From assembly GCA_047967505.1 (NCBI GenBank), contig CM106538.1: 64,000 nucleotides of DNA; one strand, given 5' to 3'. How positions within the stretch are numbered: position 1 is the first letter of the stretch; every line of letters begins with the position of its first letter. The notes beneath the pieces are model-generated. The model ran no database searches. It was not told the origin of the DNA and saw only the letters and a program-made list of their open reading frames with translations. This document shows, in pieces, positions 37,660 to 50,500 of the stretch. A program made the translations under genes and the position numbers. The stretch comes from Dipteris shenzhenensis (taxonomy: Eukaryota).

Positions 37660-37945
37660 TCTTAGTGTTTAGGGTTAGGGTTTAGATCCTAAACACTTCA
37701 ATTATTTTAGAAGAAATTAAAAAATATATTTTTTCATTACTAAATTAAATGATCTTTATTTCCAATGCAGGATTTCACTCTTGAAGAGGGTTTAGATGTG
37801 GTATTATATAGAAAAAATGAAGTGGTTGCATTTGTGTTGCTCGGATAGCACATTCACAGCATTATGGTATGAACCCAAACCATCAAAAAATCTCCCAAAG
37901 AGGTATACAATGAAACAACTTTATGAGGGTTGTTTGGAAAAGATC
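37660..37945 (+). mobile_element. Internally deleted relative of the Sola1-like element
   Basis: Telomere-like TTTAGGGTTAGGGTTTAG, then 37772-37834 matches 4592-4654 and 37846-37943 matches 8065-8161. Confidence 0.8.
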
Positions 37946-39170
37946 CTTTATGTCCTATACAATTATACATGGATACTCTACTTTTCCTTAAATACAATTC
38001 GGTGTAATATTGGCTGTGTAGATCATAATCTTGGAGACTTCCAATGGTTACATTTTTGTAAACCATTCCTTATGCCTTTCACATAAAATGATGCTCTAAC
38101 TCTCAACATACCATTGATCCTCACCATTCTTTTGCATTCTTGGCATGGTAACTCCATTCACCTTTTGATTATGTAACTAGCTACATTTCTTCATCCATAT
38201 TTTCAATGAAAATATAGATGTTTTTCGCTTTTAGGTCCACCATAAGTTTCCATTTCTTAATTTTCATGATGAGTATGACTTTGTCCCTCAAAAAACTCCC
38301 TTATTGTTGTTGTTTTAATCACTCAATCATATTGCTTCTTTTTGTAATTTTTTGTAATCCTCTTTCATAACATTCAAATTTGTGATAGTAGTTGCTTTGA
38401 ATATTTTGACACATTTTTTAAAGAAATTTTCTCCTACTTCATCTGTTTTGATAATTTTCTTTTGAATGTTTATGATGAGATAATTCTATATCATTTTGTT
38501 GTTGATATTGATCTTGATGTCCACTACTTTGAATTGTTGATGTGCCCCTTCCTCTACCTCTATTAGAGGTTGCAAAATCTTTTGCACTTGCATGTCCTTT
38601 CCTCTATTAGAATTTCTTCCTCTGTTTGGATAATATTCTCTTGCATGTTGATGTTAATAATTTCCTTGATTCCTATTTTGTTGTTTTGTGGATATGCCCC
38701 TTCCTCTACCCTTATTGGAAGCCAAAAGCTTTTTCACTTGATTGTAATTTAACCTTTCCTAGAATCACCTATTTCGTTAATTCTTCACCCAATAAGATTT
38801 ATTTAGTTCTTCCAATGTTAGTACTTGCTTTTGAATTGTTAATCTTTAAGGTTCGTTCTTTTTTTTTTTTTCCAAGTCCATTGAGGATGACTTGCACTAT
38901 TTCTTTAGACTTTAGAGATTCCTTATTGTTGCACCATTGAGTATGACTTGCTGTATTCTTTAGAATTCATATTTCCTTCTATTGTTGCAAGTTGTGTAAT
39001 GATCCTTAGTACATATGCATGTGATTATTCATTGCTCTGATAAAAGATCTAATTGATTTGACATCTTGATGTCAAAATCCTATAACTATTATTGGATTTA
39101 TACAACATTGCACACATATCCCATGTCCCCTTTGATGTTTTTAGTGTTTTCAATTTCCCAAACTTTCATG
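37945..39170 (-). mobile_element. Copia gag-protease remnant related to the outer Copia family
   Basis: Minus strand GKLKTLKTSKGTWDMCAMLYKSNNSYRILT..QIN (cf. GHLNTVKTSKEACNMFATLYESKNTSKILTLRNQIN) and EDQWYVES...HKEWFTKM.PL...IYTANITPN (cf. WYIDNG...ESFTKLKPL..IYIADNTPN). Confidence 0.7.
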
Positions 39171-41469
39171 GAATAATCAAGAAAAATATCAACAGGGTAT
39201 AGGACCAATCATCAAGGGATTCCCAAAGACAAATCATCAAGGGAATCCTATATATCCAAGCACCAAACTAGTTGCATGTAGAATGAAGCACTCTACTATC
39301 GCATAATCAAATTCTTTGCAGAGGGGGTGCTGTGGGAGAGAACTCATTGCAGAGGAAAGTGGCACATAATAGCCCATAGGGAGGAAAGAAAGGGAGAGTG
39401 TAGAGGGATGTGGTGGGATGAGAGGTCTTGGGAGAGTAGGGGTAGTTGCCAATGGGGAAAAGGGGGGAATTGAGAATGCATAGGGATGATGTAGATAGAA
39501 AGAGAGTGTGCGATGGGAAAAGGAGCAATCATGAGAGGGAAGGGAATGGGAAAGAGGGGGACATAAATTAGAATGGAGGGATGGGGGATAGATTCAAAAC
39601 ATAGGATGAGGGAGAGTACGTAATTAAATGAAATGAAACAAGTCCCCCTACAAGAAAAGAAGGCCAAGGATATGACGCCATTTTTGAAAAGTAATTTTCA
39701 TCGCAACAATAGCCATGCCGACTTTTGTGAGTCTTCTTGGAATCATGACTCACATGGATTAAATTCAAAGTGTATAAAAAAGGAGTGTGTCTAGGTAAGA
39801 GAATGAGAAGATTTGAAAGGTGAGAGTATTGCTCAAGGGGGGGAGAGATGGAGCATGGTGGTAGGGGGGGAGGGGATGGAAAGCAAGTATGAGGGAAGAG
39901 ATGAGAGCTCATGGTGGAGCTAAAGGGGAAATCTATTAGTGCGTAAATATAACAAGACAAGATAATGGGAGAAGACATATATGTGTGTCCTTCTTGGCTT
40001 GCACAGCATCCTCTTAGCCAACTTACTTCAATAAGGAGACCTCCAACATGTACAAGGTAGGGGAGAGCTTCTTCTATGTGAGTGTAATGGCTAAATATAT
40101 TCAATTGGCATTGATTGCCCTTAGACTCCATTTCCACATAAATCAAGGCCCAATATCTTGTGTGATTACGTGACTCATATGTGTCTTCCATTTTCACATC
40201 TCCAAGGTGGGGGAGAGCTTCTTCCATGTGAGGGTCATGGCTGAATAACTTCAAATGGGTGCAACAACCCTTAGCCCCTATTTCACATAAATCAAGGCCA
40301 ATACCCTATGTCAAGATTGGGTGACTCATATGCATTGATAGTTATATAAAAATTATACAAATGATAATGTACCTATGAGGACAAGTGGAGAGATGCATGC
40401 CACATCATCATAGCTTCTCCATTTTATAATATTATCCCATGGACTAAGACAACCACCCTATTCATCAATATACACATAATTGGATGTACAATTTGATTAA
40501 GATCACCCCACATCCTACCTATATACACCCCTAAGAAACCACTCCAAGAATAGTATTTGTCTCTAATCTATCCTTCAACATCAAATTTAATAGGCCTAGG
40601 TCATAATGGCTCATCAAACATTTTTAAGTTGAAGTTCATAAATTTTTACAAAGGCTTATGGTAATTATTGCATTTACACTTCGAAGTAACCCGACACTCC
40701 ATTCCCTATCTTTGCATGCCTACACCTGAATGCCTTCACCAATAGCAACTATCGACCATTTAGCGATCATTCCTCACTTATTAACTTCCTCTACGGCTTG
40801 ACATCTACCTACCTCCTTGCATTCAATGTTGGCCAATTACTAAAATCATGCTGCCAATAATAATTGCCACAAGCGGGAATAAAATTGATGTCTTTTTTTT
40901 TCCCAGTTTTTGCAAACCCTATCATCTGACTTTTGCACCTCTAGCACACTTTCCATGAACTAAACCAATTGCTACATGTGCCATTGCATCTAATGTACAT
41001 ACTATGTTGTTAACCTGTATTGTACAACCCATTCAAGCTACCACTCGCCTACACGTGCCAACCACTAGCAATTTCTGCATGTCATGCTACCACATCAACT
41101 ACCATGTCAGCTACATACCACATAAGCACTAGGTCATGCTACCACATCAACTACCCTGTCACCTACATACCACATTAGCACCTAGTGCCATGCCACATTA
41201 GCACATAGCACATCATCAATACACACCATGATTGTACCAACTAAGCACACAATGCTCCATAAGCATGGGTATCTTAGTACACCCCTACATATTAAAAGAA
41301 CTCCCATGTCATCTTTTTTTTCCTATATTTACGATAATTTTTCTACACATCTGACGTAAGAATTAATGAATGATTATGCTACATGAGCTTCATACATCCA
41401 TCCAGAGATCAAACTCTATAAAAGCCAACCTATTGACGGTTATCACACTTGCTCACTTTTATCAAACAA

Positions 41470-42470
41470 AATCCAATGCAAATTATACTTTATTACAAAG
41501 TAAGAGAAAGATATCATTGTCACACTTTTACGTATAGATGATCTAATAGTAAAAAGAAGCTTCATCACGAGGCTCAAACAAGACTCACTTGTACAATCTA
41601 GCATGAAGAATCTTGGACTCATGCATTTTTGTCTTGGAGCAATGCAGATAACACATTCCTGAGTCAACACAAGTATGTTGACTACTAGCATGACGAATCT
41701 TGGACTCATGCATTATTGTCTTGGTAATGAATTTTATAACAATGCATATAACAAATTCATGAGCCTTCACAAGTAAGTTAACTACCTCCTGAAAGAGTTT
41801 CATATGTAAGATTACACCACTCTCGACTCAAACAAAATTTGGAACTGACATCAGATGAAGAATAGCCAACTATGACTCATCGGTCCTTTAATATATCTAA
41901 TACCAAAAGGCCAAATATATGTTATGCCATTAGCTCATTGGCACAACCTATGTCAAACGCACAAAGCAATCACATTGGAATGCCACCCAAAAGGTCTTAA
42001 TGTACATCAAGAATACAAGACAGTTTGAAATAGATTACATAAACATATCCTATTGTGATAGTTTGAAATAGAATATAGAGGAAGCCAAATCACACTGTGA
42101 TAGTGACTATGCTGGTGATCTGAATACAAGAAAATCAATGCAAGTTGGGCTTTCTTCCTTGGACAGTGAGCGATTTCATGGCTATGCAACAAACAACAAA
42201 CAATTTATGTCTCCTACAAAAGCAAAATATAGATCACTTGCCCCACAGGAGCATGTGAAGCAGTATAGCTCAAAAGACTGTTGTCAAAAACAAATTACCT
42301 TGCGATGAGACACCAATCACATTCTACTATGATACTCACTCAGCTCAACCTCAATCTCGGACAAAACATATTGATGTCTAAGAGAATTTCATGAGAGAGA
42401 GTTCACCCACCTATTGCCACAATAAAAATCTATTAAAATATAATCGGCTGAGTCTTGATTTCTGGCAGCA
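41470..42470 (+). mobile_element. Decayed Copia RT/RNase H remnant related to the outer Copia family
   Basis: SNANYTL..., IDDLIV, MKNLGLMHFCLG (duplicated), HWNATQKV, CDSDYAGD and TKHIDV.ENF align by eye with 23400-24380. Confidence 0.75.
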
Positions 42471-43205
42471 ATTATCTCGCCTTCCTTTTAGTGGGGGTAT
42501 AATCCAGTGATGCCATGTGCTCTAGTTCTCTTACAAGTGTCAATTTACACTAATAGTAGGGATTTGTTGCATGGAAAAAGAGTGCCCATTGCTACGAACA
42601 AATCTTGTAGATGCTCTTGTACTCATTAAGAAAAGTGGTCCCCTCCTGTAGAAACAATAGGTAAATTGACAAGGACTACAGGATGTACCATGAACCATGT
42701 GATAACGAACGTGTGCAGTGCAGAAAACCATCAAGCATAGCAGGAATTTAGTTACTATTACATCCTCCCAAACATCACGGCTTAACTTCGTATATATTGG
42801 ACAAGCAAAGAACAATGATTCACGCTTGGAATCAACATGAAGCCCTGTGTAGGGAACTCCAACCTGCGTCAAAAGCTCAGCACCCCAGAGTTCCAAAGTT
42901 GGGTCTCCAGAAAGAATCTCTGCGGCTGAGCATTTGAAGCTTAAGTAGGATGTCACAAGGCCACAGAATATTGTGTCAGGTCAGGGTTTTGGTAAGCTAG
43001 AAGCATCACCAAGAAGTCAATGTTTACGAATGCCATTGCAGCCACCACTTCCATCTCAACAACAGAGCTGGCCTCGTACTGCATATCAGTATTGGAATCA
43101 GCTACTCACTATATAATCATATCAGCTTTTTCCTCCTTGCAATGCACTGACATCCATACAGATATATTCCAGAATAATCTGAACCAAATGACAAAGAATG
43201 ATAAA

Positions 43206-43421
43206 TTATTTTTTCTCATGTATAGCATAGTTCTGTCGTGCATGAATCTTCAAGATTCTGCTTCCATTGAAAAATACAAATAAACCTACACCAACAGTCA
43301 CCACACCCCCACCAGTGGACAGAAGCATCAACAACATCAACTTCCTTGAACCAGACCAAGGTGATAACCACCCATCTAATCTTTCATCCATCTTCAACTC
43401 TGTATATTTTGGCCCCCGTCC
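43206..43421 (-). CDS. TPST: Protein-tyrosine sulfotransferase, last exon (C-terminal transmembrane segment)
   Basis: AG acceptor at 43422-43424, phase 0; GRGPKY...LMLLMLLSTGGGVVTVGVGLFVFF...stop. Plant TPST has a C-terminal TM helix. Confidence 0.75.
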   Translation of the reverse strand, partial: GRGPKYTELKMDERLDGWLSPWSGSRKLMLLMLLSTGGGVVTVGVGLFVFFNGSRILKIHARQNYAIHEKK

Positions 43422-43601
43422 CTGCAACATCATAGCATGTACCACACAACAGTCAGTAGCTTGAGATAGTTTACCGCTGCCGCAAACGCTCTCAAATAAA
43501 TTCCAGAAATGGTATAAATTTTACGAACAACTTCTATCTTTTTATATTATATTTTTCTTCCCCAAGCTCTTACTCTAAGAATAAAAAGATAAGGAGCAAA
43601 C

Positions 43602-43742
43602 CTGGATCACTAATTGTGAATTTTTCTCCGTTTGAAGTTGATATTTGGAAAAGCCCTCGTGAGCATAATTATAGAGTTCCAGGTCAAGGTTATTCAGCCG
43701 CCTTATGGCTTCCAAAGTCTCTTCTGCAACTTGCAACCGAGC
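43602..43742 (-). CDS. TPST: TPST exon
   Basis: AG/GT bounded, 141 bp: ARLQVAEETLEAIRRLNNLDLELYNYAHEGF (LN.LD.ELY.YA sulfotransferase motif). Confidence 0.9.
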
Positions 43743-43939
43743 CTGCTAGCATCCAAGAGATAAGCCCATGAAAGACGCCCTTACAATCTCATTCAAACAC
43801 ATTTGTTGGAAATACGACAGTTCACTTTAAAAATTGAAGACAAAATGCTTAGCTTTGATAGCCGATAACAAGTATACAGCTGTTCAACCAAAATGGAAGT
43901 ATTAACTTGGATTACATGGCTGAAAATAATCTTTAAAGT

Positions 43940-44103
43940 CTATGCGTGCCAGGATGGATGCATGGATGGATGAATGTAGGTAGATAGGTAGCCTGTAGGT
44001 CTGTGCATGCATGTGCGTGTGTGTGTGCACGCGCGCGCATGCATGCATCCCTTTTCATGGGACTGTTCTTTGTAATATAGTGGCAAATGGATTTCACCAA
44101 AAA

Positions 44104-44146
<43 letters not shown>

Positions 44147-44160
44147 TACATGCACGTGTG
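43940..44160. repeat. (GT)n/(GATG)n microsatellites in TPST intron
   Basis: Direct observation. Confidence 0.9.
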
Positions 44161-44756
44161 CACATGCGCATGAGTGAGAGCACGTGAGGTATATTATCAG
44201 CAAGATTTACATGAGGGTCTCAAAAAACAGAGAGCCTCAACAAGAAATCAAAAGCAAAGAGAAACTATTTCCAGGCATGACTGATAATATACCTCTCATG
44301 GATTTACCCAAAAAAAAAAAAAAAAAAAAAGTGAGAGCACGTGAGATTACCAATGCATATGATTTACAAAGATGATGTGTCCATGTCATGCGAGTCTCAT
44401 AAATAGGTGCAGGCTCTAATGTCACCACATATCACTAAACGATAGGGTTTCTTCCCTTTTTCCCTGCTTAGTGCCTTCACTAGAAAAAGGAAAAAAAAGG
44501 AAAAAAGGAAAAAAAGAATATTATTACTTTCCCAATTCTAACACATCAGGCAGGCCAACCTATTGAGTCTCTAAGAGTTGTCGTTAAGAATGTAAGATCC
44601 ATAAAAACCAATATATGTACTGCAAATCATAATACTCTTTCCCATGGACAGACATTATGTAAATTCTTCTCTAGATAGAACCCTTGACTACTATCAAACC
44701 CTAAGAGTTATGCTTGCCGTCCTGCAGCCTACTTCTCCAAGTCCACACTCACTGAT

Positions 44757-45168
44757 TATACCTAGATGAATCCAAGAACATTCCCAAACTCATCCTCTAA
44801 AAACACAACATAGTGCAGTTTCAATCTCACGATAGTTACTCATAAGATTGAAAACCATAAACTCCATCAAACATAGCAGGGACTAGCTACCATCAACACC
44901 CAACAGTGGGTGTAGACCCTAGTATAAAAATATGCTCTCAAACATACAAATCCACACCCCCACACATACTTGAGCATCCATTTCTACAAAGTCTTCGTAC
45001 AAAGTTTCTGTCGGCACTCCGGAGGTGAAGGACAAACTCAGCCATGACAAAGGCTAGCACTAAAGGAGAAGGCTAATCAGAAAGTAGTCCAAATCTCTTC
45101 ATTCAAGCTACAACTGCTCGTGAAGTCTAAACAATTTCATTTTTGTCTCTCCCAAACGAGCATCTAAA
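44757..45168 (-). repeat. LTR-derived fragment, second copy of 59232-59661
   Basis: ATACCTAGATGAATCCA...GCATCTAAA is shared with high similarity by eye. Confidence 0.8.
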
Positions 45169-45169
45169 T

Positions 45170-47290
45170 CTAGCTGATAGGGCAATGCACCATTTAAGAT
45201 AAAAAGAATTATCGCAATACACGCAGGCCACAACTTGGACGAAAACTTCACAAGGTGAAATTTGCATGTCCGCTAATACAGCAGAAGCATACCCTAGAAG
45301 CAAGTGCCAAATCCTAGTGTGCTGGACTAGATAAAACCAACAGATTCCTTGATCCAAGACACCATAAAATATATTTGCAGGCCATGCCTTGTGAAAACGA
45401 TCACACAACTCAGTACTCTTCTTGCAAACCTCTATATCTTGCTCCCAAAAGCGCACAAGGTGTAGATGATATCTAGCCAGATGTTGACCAGGGTTGCAGC
45501 CAGATAGATCTGCTGCCCCCCAAAATCATGAAGCCACAATGGTGACCAAATGTTTCAAGCAATGTATACAACACACTATCCTCCACAAAAAACGCAGGGC
45601 TGCCCTCCATAAATCACTTAAGACGTTGTCGGGAGGATGGGCTGGAGTAATGGATTTCCCAGCTTGTAACTGTCTCCCCGTATCTAGGTATGAAGGGAAC
45701 ATCATCATCTCTATGGATAACGCATGCCACCCCTCTGCCAAACATGCTACCATACCCCATGTGAACACTAGCCGAAATCTACCACATCCTTGTAAAAATT
45801 ATAAGCGAGCAATACCATATCCTGTGCTTAAGGGCTCTCCATAAGCGATCAACAATTGTCTTCTGGTGCCCTTAGAATACAACAATGGTATGAACCATCT
45901 GTCATCTATCAAGAAATCGACCTATGGGGAGGCCACCATCAGCACCCTACTAGAAGAAATAGGAAATCTTCCACGGCAGAAGGGTAGTCCACAATCAAGA
46001 CTAAAACCTAGTCACTACCACACGAGGTACTGCAGCTCTAACCAGTGTCTCCCTCGAGGGGTTCCAAGGAGATCCAACTAGCTACTCATGTCTATCGATG
46101 GGGTGATGTACAAGCAGCTCAGATTGCCCAATCCACATCTGCATTGTCCTCTTAGATTGCCCAATCCAGACAGACCAAAACAGCTCTCACTGCAGCTCTC
46201 TCAAGGAATGGCCCTCCCAATGCCAGAGCCTCCACTAGGCATACTCCCTAATCATCCCACCACTCTAATCCTATGCCCCTGTAGGGAGTCCAACACATGG
46301 TCATCCAACAGGTCACTAAGAGCTGCCGAGGGCGCAAGATGAAGGGCTGGTCACTACCCAAAACGTACTAAAAAAGACAAGTGAGGACGTGTTGTGGAGG
46401 ACCCCATCCTTGCACCTAGTGGAAGGCCATAAAGTGGAGACAATGCGAGACTCCAATCCTGAAAATCTAACCCATTTAGAGGACTTTTTTGGTGTCCTCA
46501 TCTTGCCATCTCAATCCCTTCCTCCATGCCTTCGGGGTGGCTTTCTCTATCTCCTCATTCTGGCACTCTGCTTCTGGCTCCATGCTCTCACATATCTAGC
46601 TTGTCCACTATCCCACTGCGCTTAGATGTGTGTGACCATTGGTCTCTCAAATCTTGGACATTCGGATGCCAAATAAGTGGTTAGCTCTCTATCTCCTCTG
46701 TGCACAGCCCGCTGGCCCTAATGAGGCCTGTCAAAAGATCATACCACACCTTGATGAGACTCCGTGTCAATGGGGAGTCCTTCCTGGTCAGATAAGCATC
46801 CATGAATATCCATTTGTGCGAGGGTGATTACTGTCCTCCTTTCTTCAGAGTATTCTGAAGAAGGCCCTGCTACAAAAGGGGCTTCCAGGGCTCTGAGCTT
46901 AAGTGAGGCCACATACTGTGGGGTCTCATGTGCCATCTGATCCTACCTACAAAACGTTGTGCATCAGCCGCCTCAGCTTGTCCATGTATCCTCTATGAAT
47001 GTCAACAAGATGCACTGTACCAGAGCATGGCAAGCATCAAACCTACAGCAGCAGGTTGGCACGGATACAAGTCATAGACCTGTCAGCCTGCCATGGCAGG
47101 TTGCCAGGTGGACAGATTCAGTCAGCAGCAGATGGGGTCCATCGGCTAACCTATGGTGCAGGTTGGCCTGATTGGGGACAGACCAGCCCCTGTAAAAGGC
47201 CCCCCCATGGGGGCAGTTGAGTACTTCAGTTTTTGTGAAGTGAAGGCCTTCTAGGAGCAAAAAAGGGGTAGATCTACACAGTGGTAGAAG
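45170..47290 (-). mobile_element. Older 5'-truncated plant L1 LINE (3' part of ORF2)
   Basis: RFHKAWPANIFY...ICWFY parallels RFCKAWPAGVFY...IRWLY of the adjacent LINE; similarity continues by eye to ~47280. Confidence 0.7.
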
Positions 47291-47578
47291 AGCCTATTAT
47301 GGTGCACAGATTCTTGATAACGTGGACATGCAACAAGGCCACAAGTACTAGTCATTGACCCAAGGACAGCAGTGTTATGCAAGCCCTACTGGTTTTAAGG
47401 CCGCATCCGAGCTGTGTTTCTGAAAATGATGTAGAATGAGGGCTCTTCATGAACTTATCTAGAGCTCAGGGCTCTTCACTTCAGAAAGAGGGCGCGGAGG
47501 GTGGGAGTGGGGGGGAGCATTTTTGGTGCTGTACCTCAGCCCTAGTATGTTACATGTGTTGGTAAAATTTGCAGCTCG

Positions 47579-50500
47579 TTTATTTTTATTTTTTTCAAAG
47601 AAAGGAACCTTCTATTAATGCTTGAAAGATTTCATACAAGACAACAGCCCCGAAGGTGCTGAGTATGAAAAAACCGGAAAAGGCTGAAAGAAAAACCGGC
47701 CTGTTCCAGAGAAGCCCAGCTCACTGCCTAAGGGATCTCTGGAACTGGGGCTAACAACCAAGTGGGGGTACTATACAGCCAGCGAATCCCTCGCAGAGTG
47801 AAGATGTAGAAAACACCTGCAGGCCAAGCCTTGCAGAAACGAGCATGCCTCTCAATAGTCGCCCTGGAGCCCCACTCCCAAGTGGCCCGTAGAGTGTAAA
47901 TGATATCCTGCCAGATGGCAACCAAGGTAGCCGAGGGTGGAACCAAGTGCTCTCCCATCACAAAACTGCAGCGAGCCACCCAAATGTTCCAACCCGTGAT
48001 GCAACTAGGGTGTCAGGGGGGCTGCCTCATGGAGTGCAATCCTCTGAATGCTCTGACCCTATATCCGGTAGGCTAGGGAGATCTCATCAATCTGAAACGT
48101 GTTTCCTCCCTCTGTCAACCAAGCCACCATCCCTGTAGTCTCTGTGAAGACTTTGCATACGTGTCATGATCCTGAGGGCTCTCATCCAAATGCGCTATGA
48201 CAGCTCCATAGCAGTGTGGGATAGTCTCTAGGACACCATCTGAGCAGCAATGGCACTTCCCCTCCACTCGCATCTGCTCCAACCATGGGCCAATGGGCAA
48301 GCCTCCGTAGGCTGCCAGCCAGAAGAAGTATGAAATCTTCCTCGACCGCAAGCTGGACCACAACCACGTCCAAAACCTGGAGCGAACATCCCGGGGCACT
48401 CTTTGGGTCACCCGATGTCTCTCCCTCGAGGGAGTCCATCTCGACGAGTCCATCTGAAGTCTCCTACCAATCCGTGTGGTGTAGGAAAAGAAAGGCACCT
48501 CATCTATCGTCTCAGCTAGGCCGCCCCTGGAGAGTTAGAACCACTCCCTCGGGTCCCACTAGACCTCCCTCAGGGGTCAACCCTCCCATAGCCAGAGGCG
48601 CCATCTCCTGCTCTGAGATACTGGCAGGATCAATGTGCCACTCCTTCCCCAAGCATCCTACCACTCTGATCATATGCCAGTGTATCCCATCAAGACTCCC
48701 ATCCATCTCAGGGTCAGGCGCTGCATCAAAATCCTCGAGGAGGGCTAAGTCGATGTCGCCCATCCGCTGCCCTTCCCCTCTCAAATGTGCTAGGACGTCA
48801 AGCCTCGCCTCTGCCTCCATAGGTAGTCTGCTCCAACGACCAAATGACCCTGCTGGACCATTGTCCCACTGTGCCCAACCAATGTGAGTCCGCTGCCCAA
48901 GCATAGATCCCTCCTGATCTCTGACCTCTGGGTGCCACATAAGGAGCTGACGCTCGAACTCCTCTCTGCATCTAGACGGAGCACGGATAAGACCCCCTAC
49001 GAGTCTCTACCAAACCCTGTGAAGACTCCTCATCAAGGGGGAGCCCTTTCCCATAAGGAGGGCCTCTGAGAAGATCCCATCTATGTGAAGGCTGCCACTG
49101 TCCCCCAGTGCGTGGGGTGTTTCTCAGAAGCCCTCTCTATAAGAGGAGCTTCCAAGGCTCGGCACCTGGGGTGAGGCCACAAACCACCAACTTGCCCAAA
49201 CGGGCCCTGCTCTGCATCTCCGGATCAATGATACCCAAGCCTCCCAATGCCTGCAGCATGATCACCGTCTGCCAAGCTACTCGGGCCCTAGTGTTCCTCG
49301 TGCCGTCTAAACATGCCCAGTTCCGTACCAACCGTCGAAGCTGCCCAATGCATCCTCTGTGAAAGCACCAACAGGAGGCAATATACCAAGCAGTGGCAAG
49401 AAGGACCTGGTTTGCTACTAAGGCGCGACCTGCGAGGCAAAGTTTGGCCAAGCTCCAATAGAGAAGCTTGCGCCGAACACTCACCACATAGCCCAGCCCT
49501 CACTCGGTGCCATCTTAACCTGATGAATCTCCTCGTCCTGCAAGAGGTCCTCTGGAATGCAGACCCCCTTCTGGAGGAGACCTCGATGGGGCTGATCCAA
49601 GTGAAGTACCACTGGAGAGTAGTCGGACATCGTGGTACCTGCCAGAATCCCGATGGAACCGCCTCTGTGTAATGCCTAGTCCCCAACATAGAAGCGGTCT
49701 AATCTCTCGAGCAATCCATCATGTCTCCTCTATCCAAAGGAGAAGAGAAGGCTACCAGGAGTCCTGCTGAACTCTGACTCTCTCCACGGGTCTCTACCAC
49801 TGGTCATGAAAATGAACTGCTCCCACGTACTACGCTCTGCTGCTGGCATCTCTGAGAACGAGGCGCCGCCGTGCTTGTCTTCCCCAAACTCTAGGTTCTC
49901 CAACAATCCAGGAGTCAACATCCGGAAGACACTCTAACAGCCTCCTCCAAAAGACCGGGCGGTGTTGTCTACACATTGGAGCATACATGTTCAAGATTCC
50001 AATCCTAGACTCTCCCATCCGAACTCCCATCCAATCTGCCCGTCCTAGGAGTTCGCCTTGATCATAGACCTCTGAAGCCAAAGTCTGTGAGACTAAGATG
50101 CAAACCCCTCCGCTCCATCCTACTACGGGAGACCACTCCTCTGGACCTCTCCCTGGGAGAAGGTGATGGCATCATCTAATGTCTACTGCTGAAAACATGT
50201 GCTCCTCAATCATAAGGATGTCCACTACCCACCCTACCATTGCCCTCTACAACTCCTGCCGAAACATCAGGTACTGCGGCTAACTACGAACACAGTCGTG
50301 GAGTCCATGTACATTCCAGCTCACTATGGTCTAGCTCATGAGGACAAGGGAGTCGGGAACAAGGCTCTCCTATGAGTGGGTGCCTGTCCTAGAAAGACTG
50401 CCTTATGTGATTTTGCCGAGGGTTTGGAGGACGAATAGTCAGTGTCTGTGCGGCGTCGTACTAGAGTGGATACCGGCTCAATACCGATCTTCCGTGCCCA

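Noticed and set aside
40058-40330. ~150-bp tandem duplication and ORF 39568..40254
   Set aside because: The duplication is real but uninformative; the ORF has no recognisable domain
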